From an uncultured delta proteobacterium (GTDB taxonomy: Bacteria; Desulfobacterota; Binatia; UBA9968): a DNA stretch of 64,000 bases. The notes beneath the pieces were generated by a model that was not told the origin of the DNA, searched no databases, and saw only the letters and a program-made list of their open reading frames with translations. Each line of letters opens with the position of its first letter. The first letter of the stretch is position 1. The position numbers were made by a program, and so were the translations under genes. The stretch covers positions 422,564 through 486,563 of the forward strand of contig CAWJZV010000046.1 of assembly GCA_963847445.1 (NCBI GenBank). Reading direction: 5' to 3'. Shown here in pieces: positions 22,505 through 34,466 of this stretch.

Positions 22505-22534
22505 TTGACAACCAAGGGAATAGTCTCTAAAAAT
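22505..22534 (+). promoter_or_regulatory. Putative sigma70 promoter of nrdJ
   Basis: TTGACA at 22505-22510, 17-bp spacer, TAAAAAT at 22528; overlaps the first NrdR box. Confidence 0.5.
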
Positions 22535-22579
22535 ACAAAATCTAGTGTAGATCTGACTGTTTCACACCATATATTGGGC
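22533..22579. promoter_or_regulatory. Tandem NrdR boxes
   Basis: ATACAAAATCTAGTGT (22533-22548) and ACACCATATATTGGGC (22564-22579) match consensus acaCwAtATaTwGtgt; 31-bp period; directly upstream of a ribonucleotide reductase. Confidence 0.85.
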
Positions 22580-22608
22580 GTTACCAGGGAGAAGGGAGAG
22601 ATGGACCG

Positions 22609-25379
<2,771 letters not shown>

Positions 25380-25501
25380 GTTGTTGAAGTACATACGCTG
25401 GAAGAAAACGGGCCGGTCGAAGGTATTCGGTCGGCCCGTTGTAGCTTTGATGCAGAGAACTGCAGGTTAGCACAAATCTAGAATCTGGATAGAATTCAGA
25501 A

Positions 25502-26410
25502 ATGGCTCTAGTTTTTCTATCGCATAGCAGCTGTGACAAGGAACTCGCCCGGAGACTCGCGATTGATCTGCGTATGTCGCGAATACGTGTGTGGTTTGAC
25601 GAGTGGGAAATCCACGTGGGTCACTCTATAAGTCAGCGCATTGGAAAGGGCTTGGACGAGGCTGATTTTGTTGTTGTTCTTTTGACAAAACAGAGCATCG
25701 CTTCTGGTTGGGTTCAAAAAGAATGGATGAGTCGGATCGGAGACGAAGCAATTTCTCAGGGTATCTTTGTCCTTCCGGTTCTTGCAGAAGACTGCGTTAT
25801 CCCACGCCTACTTCAGGATAAGCGGTATGCCGATTTCCGGTCCGACTACGAATTGGGCCTACGTGACTTAATCTCATCAATCCAGTTGCATGCAGCAAAT
25901 GAACTTACGATTTCGGGCGGCGCGACAATTGAGTCGGGGCGAATAGTGTATGAAGACGTGATTCCCGATATTCCGATGATGCGAGGACTCATAAACACGA
26001 TAGAAAGCGGATTTTTTGAAAGACACAAATACGGACTCAAAGCGCATGTGCAATTCATATCTTCGCATCAAGCGCTACAGGACTTCGCGGACACGTGGAG
26101 TGCGAACCGGGTAACATTAGAAAGTACTGACTATTCGATTTCATGTGACCCAGGCAAACCCTCAGAATTTGTTGCAACGCGTAGCATCAAACTCCCAGCG
26201 GGATCGCTTCTTCCAGATATATCGACAGGGAAACAGCTGCGACTTCCGCTTTCCATTGATATGGATGTTGCCACCCGGGTTGTTGGTAGATTTACAAACG
26301 GTACAGTCGTTGGAAAGTTTTATCAGACCACCTTGCTCAGGTCGGCAATTCCACTTCCTATTCCTGATATAAATGTGAGCGGTAGCTTCAAGGCCATTGT
26401 GTCAGTGTAA
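25502..26410 (+). CDS. TIR-domain protein (TIR_2) with unrecognised C-terminal domain
   Basis: VFLSHSSCDK, VWFDEWEIHVGHSI, SGWVQKEW (catalytic Glu position), VLPVL, YADFR; AT-richer codon use. Confidence 0.88.
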   Translation: MALVFLSHSSCDKELARRLAIDLRMSRIRVWFDEWEIHVGHSISQRIGKGLDEADFVVVLLTKQSIASGWVQKEWMSRIGDEAISQGIFVLPVLAEDCVIPRLLQDKRYADFRSDYELGLRDLISSIQLHAANELTISGGATIESGRIVYEDVIPDIPMMRGLINTIESGFFERHKYGLKAHVQFISSHQALQDFADTWSANRVTLESTDYSISCDPGKPSEFVATRSIKLPAGSLLPDISTGKQLRLPLSIDMDVATRVVGRFTNGTVVGKFYQTTLLRSAIPLPIPDINVSGSFKAIVSV

Positions 26411-26620
26411 TTTGTTGGTCATCTCGACGAAAAAGAAGAGGTTTCCGATTCCTCAACTCAGCGGTGACTCTGCAATATGCGCTGAAGATATTAAGCAACG
26501 CGGCGAATAGGTGATTATCGATGTCGGCAAAAATCGAAGTGTGTCGTTGACGAAACTACGCAGCGGCAGCCGCAGCGACTTCAGGGATGTTGTTAGTCAG
26601 GCGATCGGGGTCTACTTTTT

Positions 26621-26700
26621 TTCACAACAATCTGAAGAGAAAGTCTTGAAACAAAAGTTTTACTCGTTTTCTTTTTCTTCATAAGTCGTGCCCCGCTGCG
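26621..26700 (+). repeat. Island repeat family 2, copy 1 (about 80 bp)
   Basis: TTCACAACAATCTG...AAAGTCTTGAAACAAAAGTTTTAC...AAGTCG...CGCTGCG recurs at 31825-31904. Confidence 0.8.
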
Positions 26701-27612
26701 GCCACAGGCGGAACGGACTTAGGGGACATCCTATAATTTTCTTGTCAAGTAGTATTTTAAAAAAACTTATCCGTCGAGCTTTACAGCCTGAACAATCTTT
26801 TTGTCCACCAGCACCAACGGCGAGTCTCTCACTTTATTCGAACTCTGCACCTAAGCGTTACAATTATCCGGCGTACTTGCTTTCAGTCGCCCAGCATCCC
26901 TTATCCAGGTTGCAGCAGTTCAGTGAGAGAGGCCCCGAGAAATTGTCCCTTTACGAGGTCCATTTGGCCTCCATGCTATTGACCGGGGTCCTCTCTCGCC
27001 CGCAGAACCGATCTTATTACGGACCGGCTCTGCAGTAGCTCAGCGCGATCTTTCTCACGCTGAGAGTTCGTTTCACCGGTGCGGCTTTAAAAACGGCTTC
27101 CATAAAAGCCCTATAACGCACGCGCCGCGTCGGGTTGGACCTTTGGTATACCTCCGTTTTTCATCTTGGCGTTGCTGGCGGCTGCGATCATCTGATCGCC
27201 GGCACCGAGATAGCCAGGGTCAGGAGAAGGGGTCAGACTCTCATGTCTCGACTTTCTTCATCGGGTTCTCAAATCCCGCCGCATTTCTTCATCATTTTTC
27301 AACCGTGAAGCAATCGATGGACGTTGTTGACTAGCTGGACAACGAGGATCCGAGGGTCAAATAGTTTCGACTTATTGCCAAGCTGATTTGAGCCGGTCGA
27401 AACCGACTTTTCCTTCGCTTCTACCTTTTCAGAGCATGCTCGGAGGCTCGCTCTTTTTCGCGCTCCCAACGCGGTCGATAATTGCGTCCAGCAATTCATC
27501 GACCCTCTTCGGCTTAAGATTGAACAACAAACCCGCTTCTCATGGTTTCCTTCCTGCTGATCCTGAATCCGGAAATAGAGTTTTGCTCCGCTCACGCGCT
27601 TCGCACAGTTCC

Positions 27613-27862
27613 TACAAAGACGGCACCACCCATATCTCATGTCGCCGCTGGAATTTATGCAGCGACTCGGCGCGCTGGTACCGCTCGGGCAGTTTGCGCG
27701 AGCGTCGGGACAGGGAACAAATCAAGCGCATCCGACCGCTACATCGCCCGAATCGGCCGAAGCAAGATCCGCGATTGTCAATCAACACACGTGCGATTGA
27801 CGGCCCGCCGGTTCGGCGCTATAGCTCCCGTCAGCGAAAAAGGCTGTTTAACTGTCGTATAC
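27613..27862 (+). mobile_element. IS91/ISCR-derived remnant A: transposase fragment joined to oriIS-like end
   Basis: YKDGTTHI/MSPLEFMQRLGALVP at 27613-27684; core CAGGGAACAAATCAAGCGCATCCGACCGCT; ends GTTTAACTGTCGTATAC. Confidence 0.75.
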
Positions 27863-27941
27863 AGCAATGGCGTCTCTCTCGTTTGTCTATTTGCCCGTTC
27901 GGCGATGCTCTGTTAAAGTTATGGTGAGTTGAGGATCACTG

Positions 27942-28181
27942 ATGGAAACCGTAAATATCGATGAGATGCATCGTGACTTTGCTCGCGTCATGGATAGGGT
28001 CGCTAAGGGCGAAGAAGTTGTGATTACCAGCGCGGGGAGTCCGGTGGCGAAATTGGTGCCTTTCAATCGGCCTTCTGTGCGGCGCGTGCCGGGTTGTTGG
28101 AAGGGTAAAGTTCGTATCGCTCCTGATTTCGATGTTCTGCCACCAGAAGTGGCGGCGGCCTTTCGCGGCGACGTTCCGTGA
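27942..28181 (+). CDS. Phd/YefM-family antitoxin
   Basis: FARVMDRVAKGEEVVITSAGSPVAKLVP, DFDVLP; overlaps toxin start. Confidence 0.9.
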   Translation: METVNIDEMHRDFARVMDRVAKGEEVVITSAGSPVAKLVPFNRPSVRRVPGCWKGKVRIAPDFDVLPPEVAAAFRGDVP

Positions 28182-28555
28182 ATTTACTTCTGGACACCCA
28201 CGTCCTCCTATGGTGGCTGGCGGACGATGCTCTTCTTCAGCCTGCAGCTCGCGACGCCATCCGAGACCAAGCGAATGTTGTCTATGTGAGCGCAGCGACG
28301 GCATGGGAAATCAGTATTAAGAAAGCGCTTGGAAAGCTCGATTCACCGGACGATCTCGCCAACACTCTTGAACTCAATAACTTTCATCCTCTGGAAATCA
28401 CCATTGCCCACGCCACGATGGCTGGGTCCCTGCCGCGTCACCATGATGACCCTTTCGACAGAATGCTAATCGCCCAGGCTCAAGCCGGCCAGCTCACCTT
28501 GGTTACACATGATGGATGGTTTCGCGCTTACGGAGTTGCGGTAATTTGGACCTAA
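28178..28555 (+). CDS. vapC: PIN-domain (VapC) toxin
   Basis: LLLDTHVLLW, VSAATAWEI, HDDPFDRMLIAQA, LVTHD. Confidence 0.93.
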   Translation: MNLLLDTHVLLWWLADDALLQPAARDAIRDQANVVYVSAATAWEISIKKALGKLDSPDDLANTLELNNFHPLEITIAHATMAGSLPRHHDDPFDRMLIAQAQAGQLTLVTHDGWFRAYGVAVIWT

Positions 28556-28714
28556 TGAGCAGTGGGCGGCGTGCTCGATGCCATCTGTGCTAATGCATTC
28601 TTCCGACGTTGGGCCGAAGAGTAACTTCAAGGACACAGGCTGTAATGTGGAGTCTTTGCTTGATTGAAATCTACGCTGTCTGCCGCATTCTCGGTCGATT
28701 GTAAGTCGTCGATC

Positions 28715-28975
28715 ACTAGGAACTAAACAATACCTGACAGTTGTTTTCCTCTGTTGAGAGCGGACACTTGTTTTCAACGCAGGCCGACGATGCTGCTCGG
28801 TCACGCGTTTGAGCGAGCGCACCGACAGGGAACAAATCAAGCGCTTCCGACCTCTGCATAGCCCGAACTATCCGAAGCAAAACGGCGATTATCACCCAAC
28901 ACTCGTGCGCTCGACGACTCGCCGGTGCGTCGCTACGGGTGCCGTCAGAATGTGAGTTGTTTAAATTTCTTATCC
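28715..28975 (+). mobile_element. IS91/ISCR-derived non-coding element B with oriIS-like end
   Basis: Colinear with 29907-30154; core CAGGGAACAAATCAAGCGC; ends GTTTAAATTTCTTATCC. Confidence 0.72.
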
Positions 28976-29046
28976 AGACAAAGGTAGATGGCTACTCCGT
29001 AGCAGCCGGCGCTTGACGGCGGTGGGTCAATGGCCGCCTTCTGCTT

Positions 29047-29337
29047 TCACGCCGCTAACGCCTTCAGCACGGCTTTCGGGTCAGTCTTGATCGCTCGCAG
29101 CAGAGCCTTTGCCGGGCCAGTGGGCTCTCGTCTGCCCTGTTCCCAATTGCGCAAAGTACCAACGTCGACGTGCAGGAGCTTCGCGAACTGCGGCTGACTG
29201 AGGCCGGTCATGGCTCGAATCTCCTTGACCATTGCGGCATCGACATAGAACTCTCGCGACGGCGCGCGAACGCCGCGCACGATTTCATCCATCTGACTCA
29301 TGCTTTCTACTAATCGCTTAAACAGCTTCTTGTCCAT
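29047..29337 (-). CDS. XRE/HTH antitoxin (HigA/NadS-like)
   Basis: IRAMTGLSQPQFAKLLHVDVGTLRNWEQGRREPTGPAKALL. Confidence 0.92.
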   Translation of the reverse strand: MDKKLFKRLVESMSQMDEIVRGVRAPSREFYVDAAMVKEIRAMTGLSQPQFAKLLHVDVGTLRNWEQGRREPTGPAKALLRAIKTDPKAVLKALAA

Positions 29338-29339
29338 CG

Positions 29340-29654
29340 TTACCACCCCGCATTAATTTTGCGCAACACGGTCTTTTCCTTGGGCGTCAAGTCGTCTTTG
29401 ATTCCCTTGCGGTAGATCAGAATCAGTCGAATCTGAGCTTGTGCGACCACGTGGTAGTAGATCACGCGCGTGCCACCACGTTTGCCCCGTCCCGCCGTCG
29501 TCCATCGAACCTTTCGCAAGCCGCCGGTGCCGGCAATGACATCCCCTGCATCCGGTTGGCTGACCAGATGCCGCTGCAGGGCAGCATAGTCCTTATCGCT
29601 GAGCAGCGCTTGCACATCTGCAGTGAAAATCGGCGTCTCAACGAAGACCATCAC
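29340..29654 (-). CDS. RelE/HigB2-family toxin
   Basis: FVETPIF, PDAGDVIAGTGGLRKVRW, GKRGGTRVIYY, KDDLT. Confidence 0.92.
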   Translation of the reverse strand: MMVFVETPIFTADVQALLSDKDYAALQRHLVSQPDAGDVIAGTGGLRKVRWTTAGRGKRGGTRVIYYHVVAQAQIRLILIYRKGIKDDLTPKEKTVLRKINAGW

Positions 29655-29906
29655 TTACAGTACACTAATGGCGTTTACTACGTCAATGACTTACCCTCGA
29701 AACGGTCAAGACCGAACGCGCGTGGGTCGATGCAAGAAGCGGGGAAATCTTCATGCGTTCTTTTAAGGTGCTCAACAGAAGCTCGGCCTTTTCATGTCCC
29801 GTTCGAATTTCGCCGCTGATCTTGCTCAGACGACGAATTGTGCGATAGAAAAACCATTCGGGTAGTGAAACAGACTACGAAGGAGCCGCGCCATGTCCAG
29901 ACGGCT

Positions 29907-30154
29907 ACTAGCAACTAAACAATACCCGACAGTTGTTTTTCTCAGTTGAGAGCCGCAAGCTGGTGCAACGCAAGCCGACGATGCAACTCAGTTTCGCGTT
30001 CGAGCGGGCGCGCCGACAGGGAGCAAATCAAGCGCATCCGACCGCTGCATCGCCCGAACTATCAGTACCAAACTCGTGATTTTCACCTTGACGACTCGCC
30101 GGTGTGGAGATATAGCTCCCGACAGAGGAATGAGGGTGTTCAAATTTCCTATAC
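29907..30154 (+). mobile_element. IS91/ISCR-derived non-coding element C with oriIS-like end
   Basis: Colinear with element B; ends GTGTTCAAATTTCCTATAC, close to the ISCR oriIS terminus as recalled (GCGTTTGAACTTCCTATAC). Confidence 0.75.
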
Positions 30155-30203
30155 GTAGAACCGACTACATTGCCTGAAACACAAACCAAGACACATCAAC
30201 TTT

Positions 30204-31739
30204 ATGAGCACTAAATGCGTCATCAATGTGGATCTGGCCGACGTGTGGGGTGAGGCTGGTCGTAAAAAATTCCTGCGCACACTCGGGTGGGGCGATGAAG
30301 TCCTCGTGACCGGGCAGAGCTCCACCAGCATTGAAATCGAGACGGTTTATTTCAACGAGCAGCCCGATGGCAGCATCCTGTCCGTGAAGGAGGCGGGCGT
30401 CATCGAGCCGAGAAAATCATCCGGCATCAAAACCGCCGATGTGGTGCGCCCGCGCAATCAGAACGACGTCCTCAAGGTCAATTGCGTGGACGTCCAGCAA
30501 GGCGATGGCTCCGTGATCGAGTCACCCGACGGCAAGGTCATTCTCGTGGATGGCGGCGACAACCAGTTGTTTGCCCGTTACCTCGCGGGGCGGTACCGCG
30601 GAACGACGCCTGAGAATCCGAAGGAAATTGATTGCATCCTCGTGACCCACGGTGACGCCGACCACTTCGCCGGCCTGCCTGAAATCTTTAAGTCCGAGAC
30701 CAACAGCAACAAACGAAAGCGCCTCTTCATCCAGCCGAAACGGTATTACCACAACGGCATCGTCAAGCGCCCGAGCAAGAAGAACGGCAAGAGCGTGCCG
30801 GACGTTGAACTTCTCGGAGCGACGCGCAAGGTTGGGAACCAGACGTTTCTCACCGGCCTGGAATCCGATTTGTTGAAGGTGCCGGACGCGGAGATGAATG
30901 CTCCGTTCAAGGAATGGAAGGGCGCGCTCCAGGAATACAACAAGCGCTCCAAAATTGAATTCCGCCGGCTTGAGTTCGGCGACAATCAGGCCTTCTCATT
31001 CTTCAACCAGGGTGACCTCCGCATTGAAGTGCTGGGCCCGTTGGTGACCCAGGTTGGCGGCAAGTCTGCACTCCGCTTTCTCGGCGACCCTCCGAAGGGA
31101 CCGCGCGTCGGCCACGAATCCTTGAATCTGGGCGAGGAAGGATTCAAGGGACACTCCGCGTCGCACACCATCAACGGCCACTCCATCGTCTTCCGCCTTG
31201 TTTACGGCGGCTTCAGCTACCTCTTCACGGGTGACCTGAATGACGAGGCCAGCCGGTTCCTCACCCGTGAGCACAACGCGGGACGCCTCAACCTCATGGC
31301 CGAAGTCTTCAAGGTGCCGCATCATGGGTCCGCGGATTTCTCCGGCGCATTGTTCCAGGCCGTCTCACCCGTCGTCAGCATCGTTTCCAGCGGCGACGAA
31401 AGCGCGCGGAAGGAATACATTCATCCAAGGGCGACCCTCGTGGGCGCTTTGGGCAAATGGTCGCGAGTTCCCGAGCCGCTCATCTTCGTCACCGAACTGG
31501 TGGCATTCTTCAATGTTGAAGGCTGGTCGAAGCTAGCGGACCCAAAGACGAAGGCGCAAAAGGAGCGCGGCGAATTCTTTGGTTTCAGCCGCACCGCCTT
31601 CGGCATCGTCAAGACACGGACCAACGGCAAACGCCTGTTGGTCTATACCGACAGCGGCAATGTGCAGATGAAAGAGGCGTATGCCTACGCCCTCGACTCC
31701 TCCGGCGTTCCGCAGCCTGCCGTTGTTCTGCGCGCATGA
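30204..31739 (+). CDS. Metallo-beta-lactamase-fold hydrolase (ComEC/Rec2-like MBL domain, no TM part)
   Basis: DVQQGDG, ILVDGG, THGDADHFAG, NGHSIV, LFTGDL, KVPHHGS, YIHP. Confidence 0.88.
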   Translation: MSTKCVINVDLADVWGEAGRKKFLRTLGWGDEVLVTGQSSTSIEIETVYFNEQPDGSILSVKEAGVIEPRKSSGIKTADVVRPRNQNDVLKVNCVDVQQGDGSVIESPDGKVILVDGGDNQLFARYLAGRYRGTTPENPKEIDCILVTHGDADHFAGLPEIFKSETNSNKRKRLFIQPKRYYHNGIVKRPSKKNGKSVPDVELLGATRKVGNQTFLTGLESDLLKVPDAEMNAPFKEWKGALQEYNKRSKIEFRRLEFGDNQAFSFFNQGDLRIEVLGPLVTQVGGKSALRFLGDPPKGPRVGHESLNLGEEGFKGHSASHTINGHSIVFRLVYGGFSYLFTGDLNDEASRFLTREHNAGRLNLMAEVFKVPHHGSADFSGALFQAVSPVVSIVSSGDESARKEYIHPRATLVGALGKWSRVPEPLIFVTELVAFFNVEGWSKLADPKTKAQKERGEFFGFSRTAFGIVKTRTNGKRLLVYTDSGNVQMKEAYAYALDSSGVPQPAVVLRA

Positions 31740-31824
31740 CAAAAACTGGCAACAGCGTCCTTCGGCAGCTTGGGCAGTTCGCTCGCTGCCCACCGACGAA
31801 GATTGATAGGAGTCAGATAATTAT

Positions 31825-31904
31825 TTCACGACAATCTGCAAAGAAAGTCTGGAAACAAAAGTTTTACCGATTTCCTTTTTCTACAGAAGTCGCGCAGCGC
31901 TGCG
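31825..31904 (+). repeat. Island repeat family 2, copy 2
   Basis: Matches 26621-26700. Confidence 0.8.
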
Positions 31905-31907
31905 CGT

Positions 31908-32052
31908 GCAAGGCGCAGGCAGCCGATTTATTCCAAACTGCCTGAAGGTTGGATCCTGGTGCCAACGTAACCGACGGTGCTGCTCGGCCTCGCGTTGGAG
32001 TGAGCGTGCCGCCAGGGCACAAATCAAGCGCATCCGAGCGCTGCAGCACCCC
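31908..32052 (+). mobile_element. IS91/ISCR-derived remnant D: transposase C-terminus plus truncated core, no ori motif
   Basis: AQAADLFQTA-stop at 31945, then CCGACGGTGCTGCTCGG...CAGGGCACAAATCAAGCGCATCCG. Confidence 0.65.
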
Positions 32053-32274
32053 GCTTCACCATCGCCAAATGGCTTCCGGAAATGGTCTGCGAATATTACC
32101 ACTTTCCGGCCGCCACGAAAGAACCGGCCGTACATGGACACATTTAAATTATTGGGGTTGGAAGAGTTCAGCGAATGGGCGCAGTTGGATTGAGTTGATT
32201 TCTCGAGCGAGCGGGACGTCGATCTACTAGATCCATGATGTGCCAGGTCAATAAAATCGTTGCTCTCCCTCGGG

Positions 32275-32694
32275 TTAGGGCTTGAATGGGATAATATGCA
32301 GGTTGGCGATCGGGCGATAGTGTTTAAGATTGGCGGTCGCCAGTGATCCGTTTGTGTCCAGCGTCGAAGCGGCAATCAGCGCATCGACGACACGCAGTCC
32401 ATTCGGCAATGCGTGTCGATCGAGCAGGTCGCTGGCTTTTCGACAGTTTGTTTCATTCAAGAATATAACTTGAGCGAAATTTTCCGAGACGAACAGTTTG
32501 ACTTCGCGTATTTCCGCATTGTTTCGGCAGCCTTGGGTCAACTCCATGATGCTCAGTACGGAGATCGCACGTCTGGAATAGGCGATGGCATCGATCGCCC
32601 GAAGCGCTTTTTCACTGCCTCGCAAATACCAGATTAAGATGTCGGTATCGAATACTACCGGGTAACGCGAGGTTGCCGAAGTTTGCTCAGCCAT
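32275..32694 (-). CDS. vapC: PIN-domain (VapC) toxin
   Basis: VFDTDILIW, SIMELTQG, DALIAAS, TANLKHY. Confidence 0.9.
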   Translation of the reverse strand: MAEQTSATSRYPVVFDTDILIWYLRGSEKALRAIDAIAYSRRAISVLSIMELTQGCRNNAEIREVKLFVSENFAQVIFLNETNCRKASDLLDRHALPNGLRVVDALIAASTLDTNGSLATANLKHYRPIANLHIIPFKP

Positions 32695-32897
32695 TGTTCC
32701 ACGTTGCGATTGTCTTTTCGGTCTTTCCAGATGCCAAAGCCGGCCGCTTTCAGCGCTTTGGGTCGCTTTGCGTCGATGGGCGCTAGCACCGCGATGGGTT
32801 TGTTGCGATAAGTGATCGTCACCGGTTGGCCCTTGCGGACTTCGTCGAGAATGAGCGCGGTTTTATTTCGCAAATCTTTAGCTGTCGCCGTTCTCAC
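32655..32897 (-). CDS. Phd/YefM-family antitoxin
   Basis: TAKDLRNKT..ILDEVRKGQPVTITYRNKPIAVL, FGIWKDR; GGAGG RBS before GTG. Confidence 0.9.
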   Translation of the reverse strand: MRTATAKDLRNKTALILDEVRKGQPVTITYRNKPIAVLAPIDAKRPKALKAAGFGIWKDRKDNRNVEQWLSKLRQPRVTR

Positions 32898-33232
32898 GGT
32901 TGCCTCCGAATAAAGTATGCACTTCAAAGTATATACTTAGGGCAGCGCCGCTACAAGGAATGGGGAGAAAATCTGCCGGATCGCCTCATCCCCGGCAGCA
33001 AGTGGCCGAGGGTCCTCTTTTGCGGTTCGAAAGGACGTTATGTTGCCTGTGATAGGGAATGATATATGGATTAGCCGTGGCAAAGGATGACTCACTTGCT
33101 CGACTCTGCCCAAGGGTCTCATTATTCGGGAAAGTGATACCAAGAGTCTGTTAATAAGTGATTTGGCAACTCGGACGGGACATAGTAAAGATCGATCACT
33201 TGTTTATCTAATAAACTTCAGAGGAGATTTTC

Positions 33233-34262
33233 GTGAAAAGAATTTTGCTACTTTTACTGTTTAGCTTGATTGCGATTTCGCCCGTCTCAGCCCAGACGCC
33301 CTTCTACCAGGGCAAGACCGTGCAGATCCGTGTCGGCTTCGCCGCGGGCGGCGCGTTCGATGTTTGGGCGCGGGTGATCGCTAGTCATCTCGGCCGCTTC
33401 GTACCGGGGAATCCGACGTTTGTCGTGCAGAATATGACCGGCGGCGGGTCGATGGTTGCGGCGAATTATATTTATAGCGTGGCCAAGCCGGATGGCTTGA
33501 CGCTCGGTGTGGTCAGCCCGGCGATGTATATCGAGCAGGTGACCGGCAAGAAGGAAGTGCAGTACGACTGGTTCAAGTTTAGTTTTATCGGCTCGCCGGA
33601 GAAGACCGATCGGATTTTCTACATGCGCGCCGATTTGGGAATCAAAACCCTAGAGGACATGCGCACGGTGGCGGAAACGCCGCGGTGCGGGTCCACCGGC
33701 ATCGGCAGTGCGGCCTATTATTTCCCGCGTTTGTTGCAAGATACGTTTGGGCTCAAGCTCACCATCGTGCCGGGTTATCCTGGAGCTGCCGATGTCAATC
33801 TTGCCATCGAAAAGGGCGAGGTGCACTGCTTTAGCGGCACGTTGCAAGCGTACTTTGGCAGCGAGCCGTTGCGCACTTGGTCAAAGACCGGATTCGCCCG
33901 TGTGCTGGTGCAGGGCGGGACCAAGCGCGATCCGCGCATGGCGAGCGTGCCGACATTGTGGGAGTTGATGGACAAGCATAAGTCCAACGAGATTTACCGC
34001 CGTTTGGCGAGAGATACTGCTCATTCCCGACGATATGGGCCGGCCGCTGTTCGGCCCGCCGGGCATGCCGGCTGATCGTTTGAAGGCGTTGCGTGACGGT
34101 TTCAATAAGATGATAGCCGACCCGGAGCTGCTCGCCGAGGCGAAGAAAAAGGGTCTCGATGCTACGCCGCTGAGCGGCGAGGAACTCGACGCGCTGATTA
34201 AAGAAGCCGGCGTGCCGTCGGCGGATACCATTCAACGGCTGAAGCCGCTGATGGAAAACTAG
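33233..34262 (+). CDS. Tripartite tricarboxylate transporter substrate-binding protein (TctC/Bug; frameshift near 34010)
   Basis: FYQGKTV..VGFAAGGAFD, PGNPTFVVQNMTGGGS, KPDGLT, GYPG, RPLFGPPGMPADR. Confidence 0.88.
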
Positions 34263-34466
34263 CTCACCGGCGTATGGACAGGAGTTCGCAGAAATAATTA
34301 AGCGTGCACTGGAAACCGCAGCGAGATAGGCCCGGTCACGGTGCGCCGGCCATCCATGCGGCGTGAAAATATTGCGATCGCGCAAACGCTCCGACGAAAA
34401 CACAAAGGCCAAGAAACACCGGCTCCTCGGCGTGCTTGGCCTTTGTCACTCGCGAGCGAGTAAAAG

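Noticed and set aside
22373-22608. Cobalamin riboswitch upstream of B12-dependent nrdJ
   Set aside because: No B12-box or conserved core recognised; the leader is short and explained by the promoter and NrdR boxes.
26688-27640. Short ORFs between TIR and element A
   Set aside because: No recognisable domains or consistent RBS; they look like decayed fragments.
27613-32052. Repeats as a CRISPR array or integron attC sites
   Set aside because: Units are about 250 bp, divergent and separated by whole genes; no cas or intI gene, and no RYYYAAC...GTTRRRY attC structure seen.
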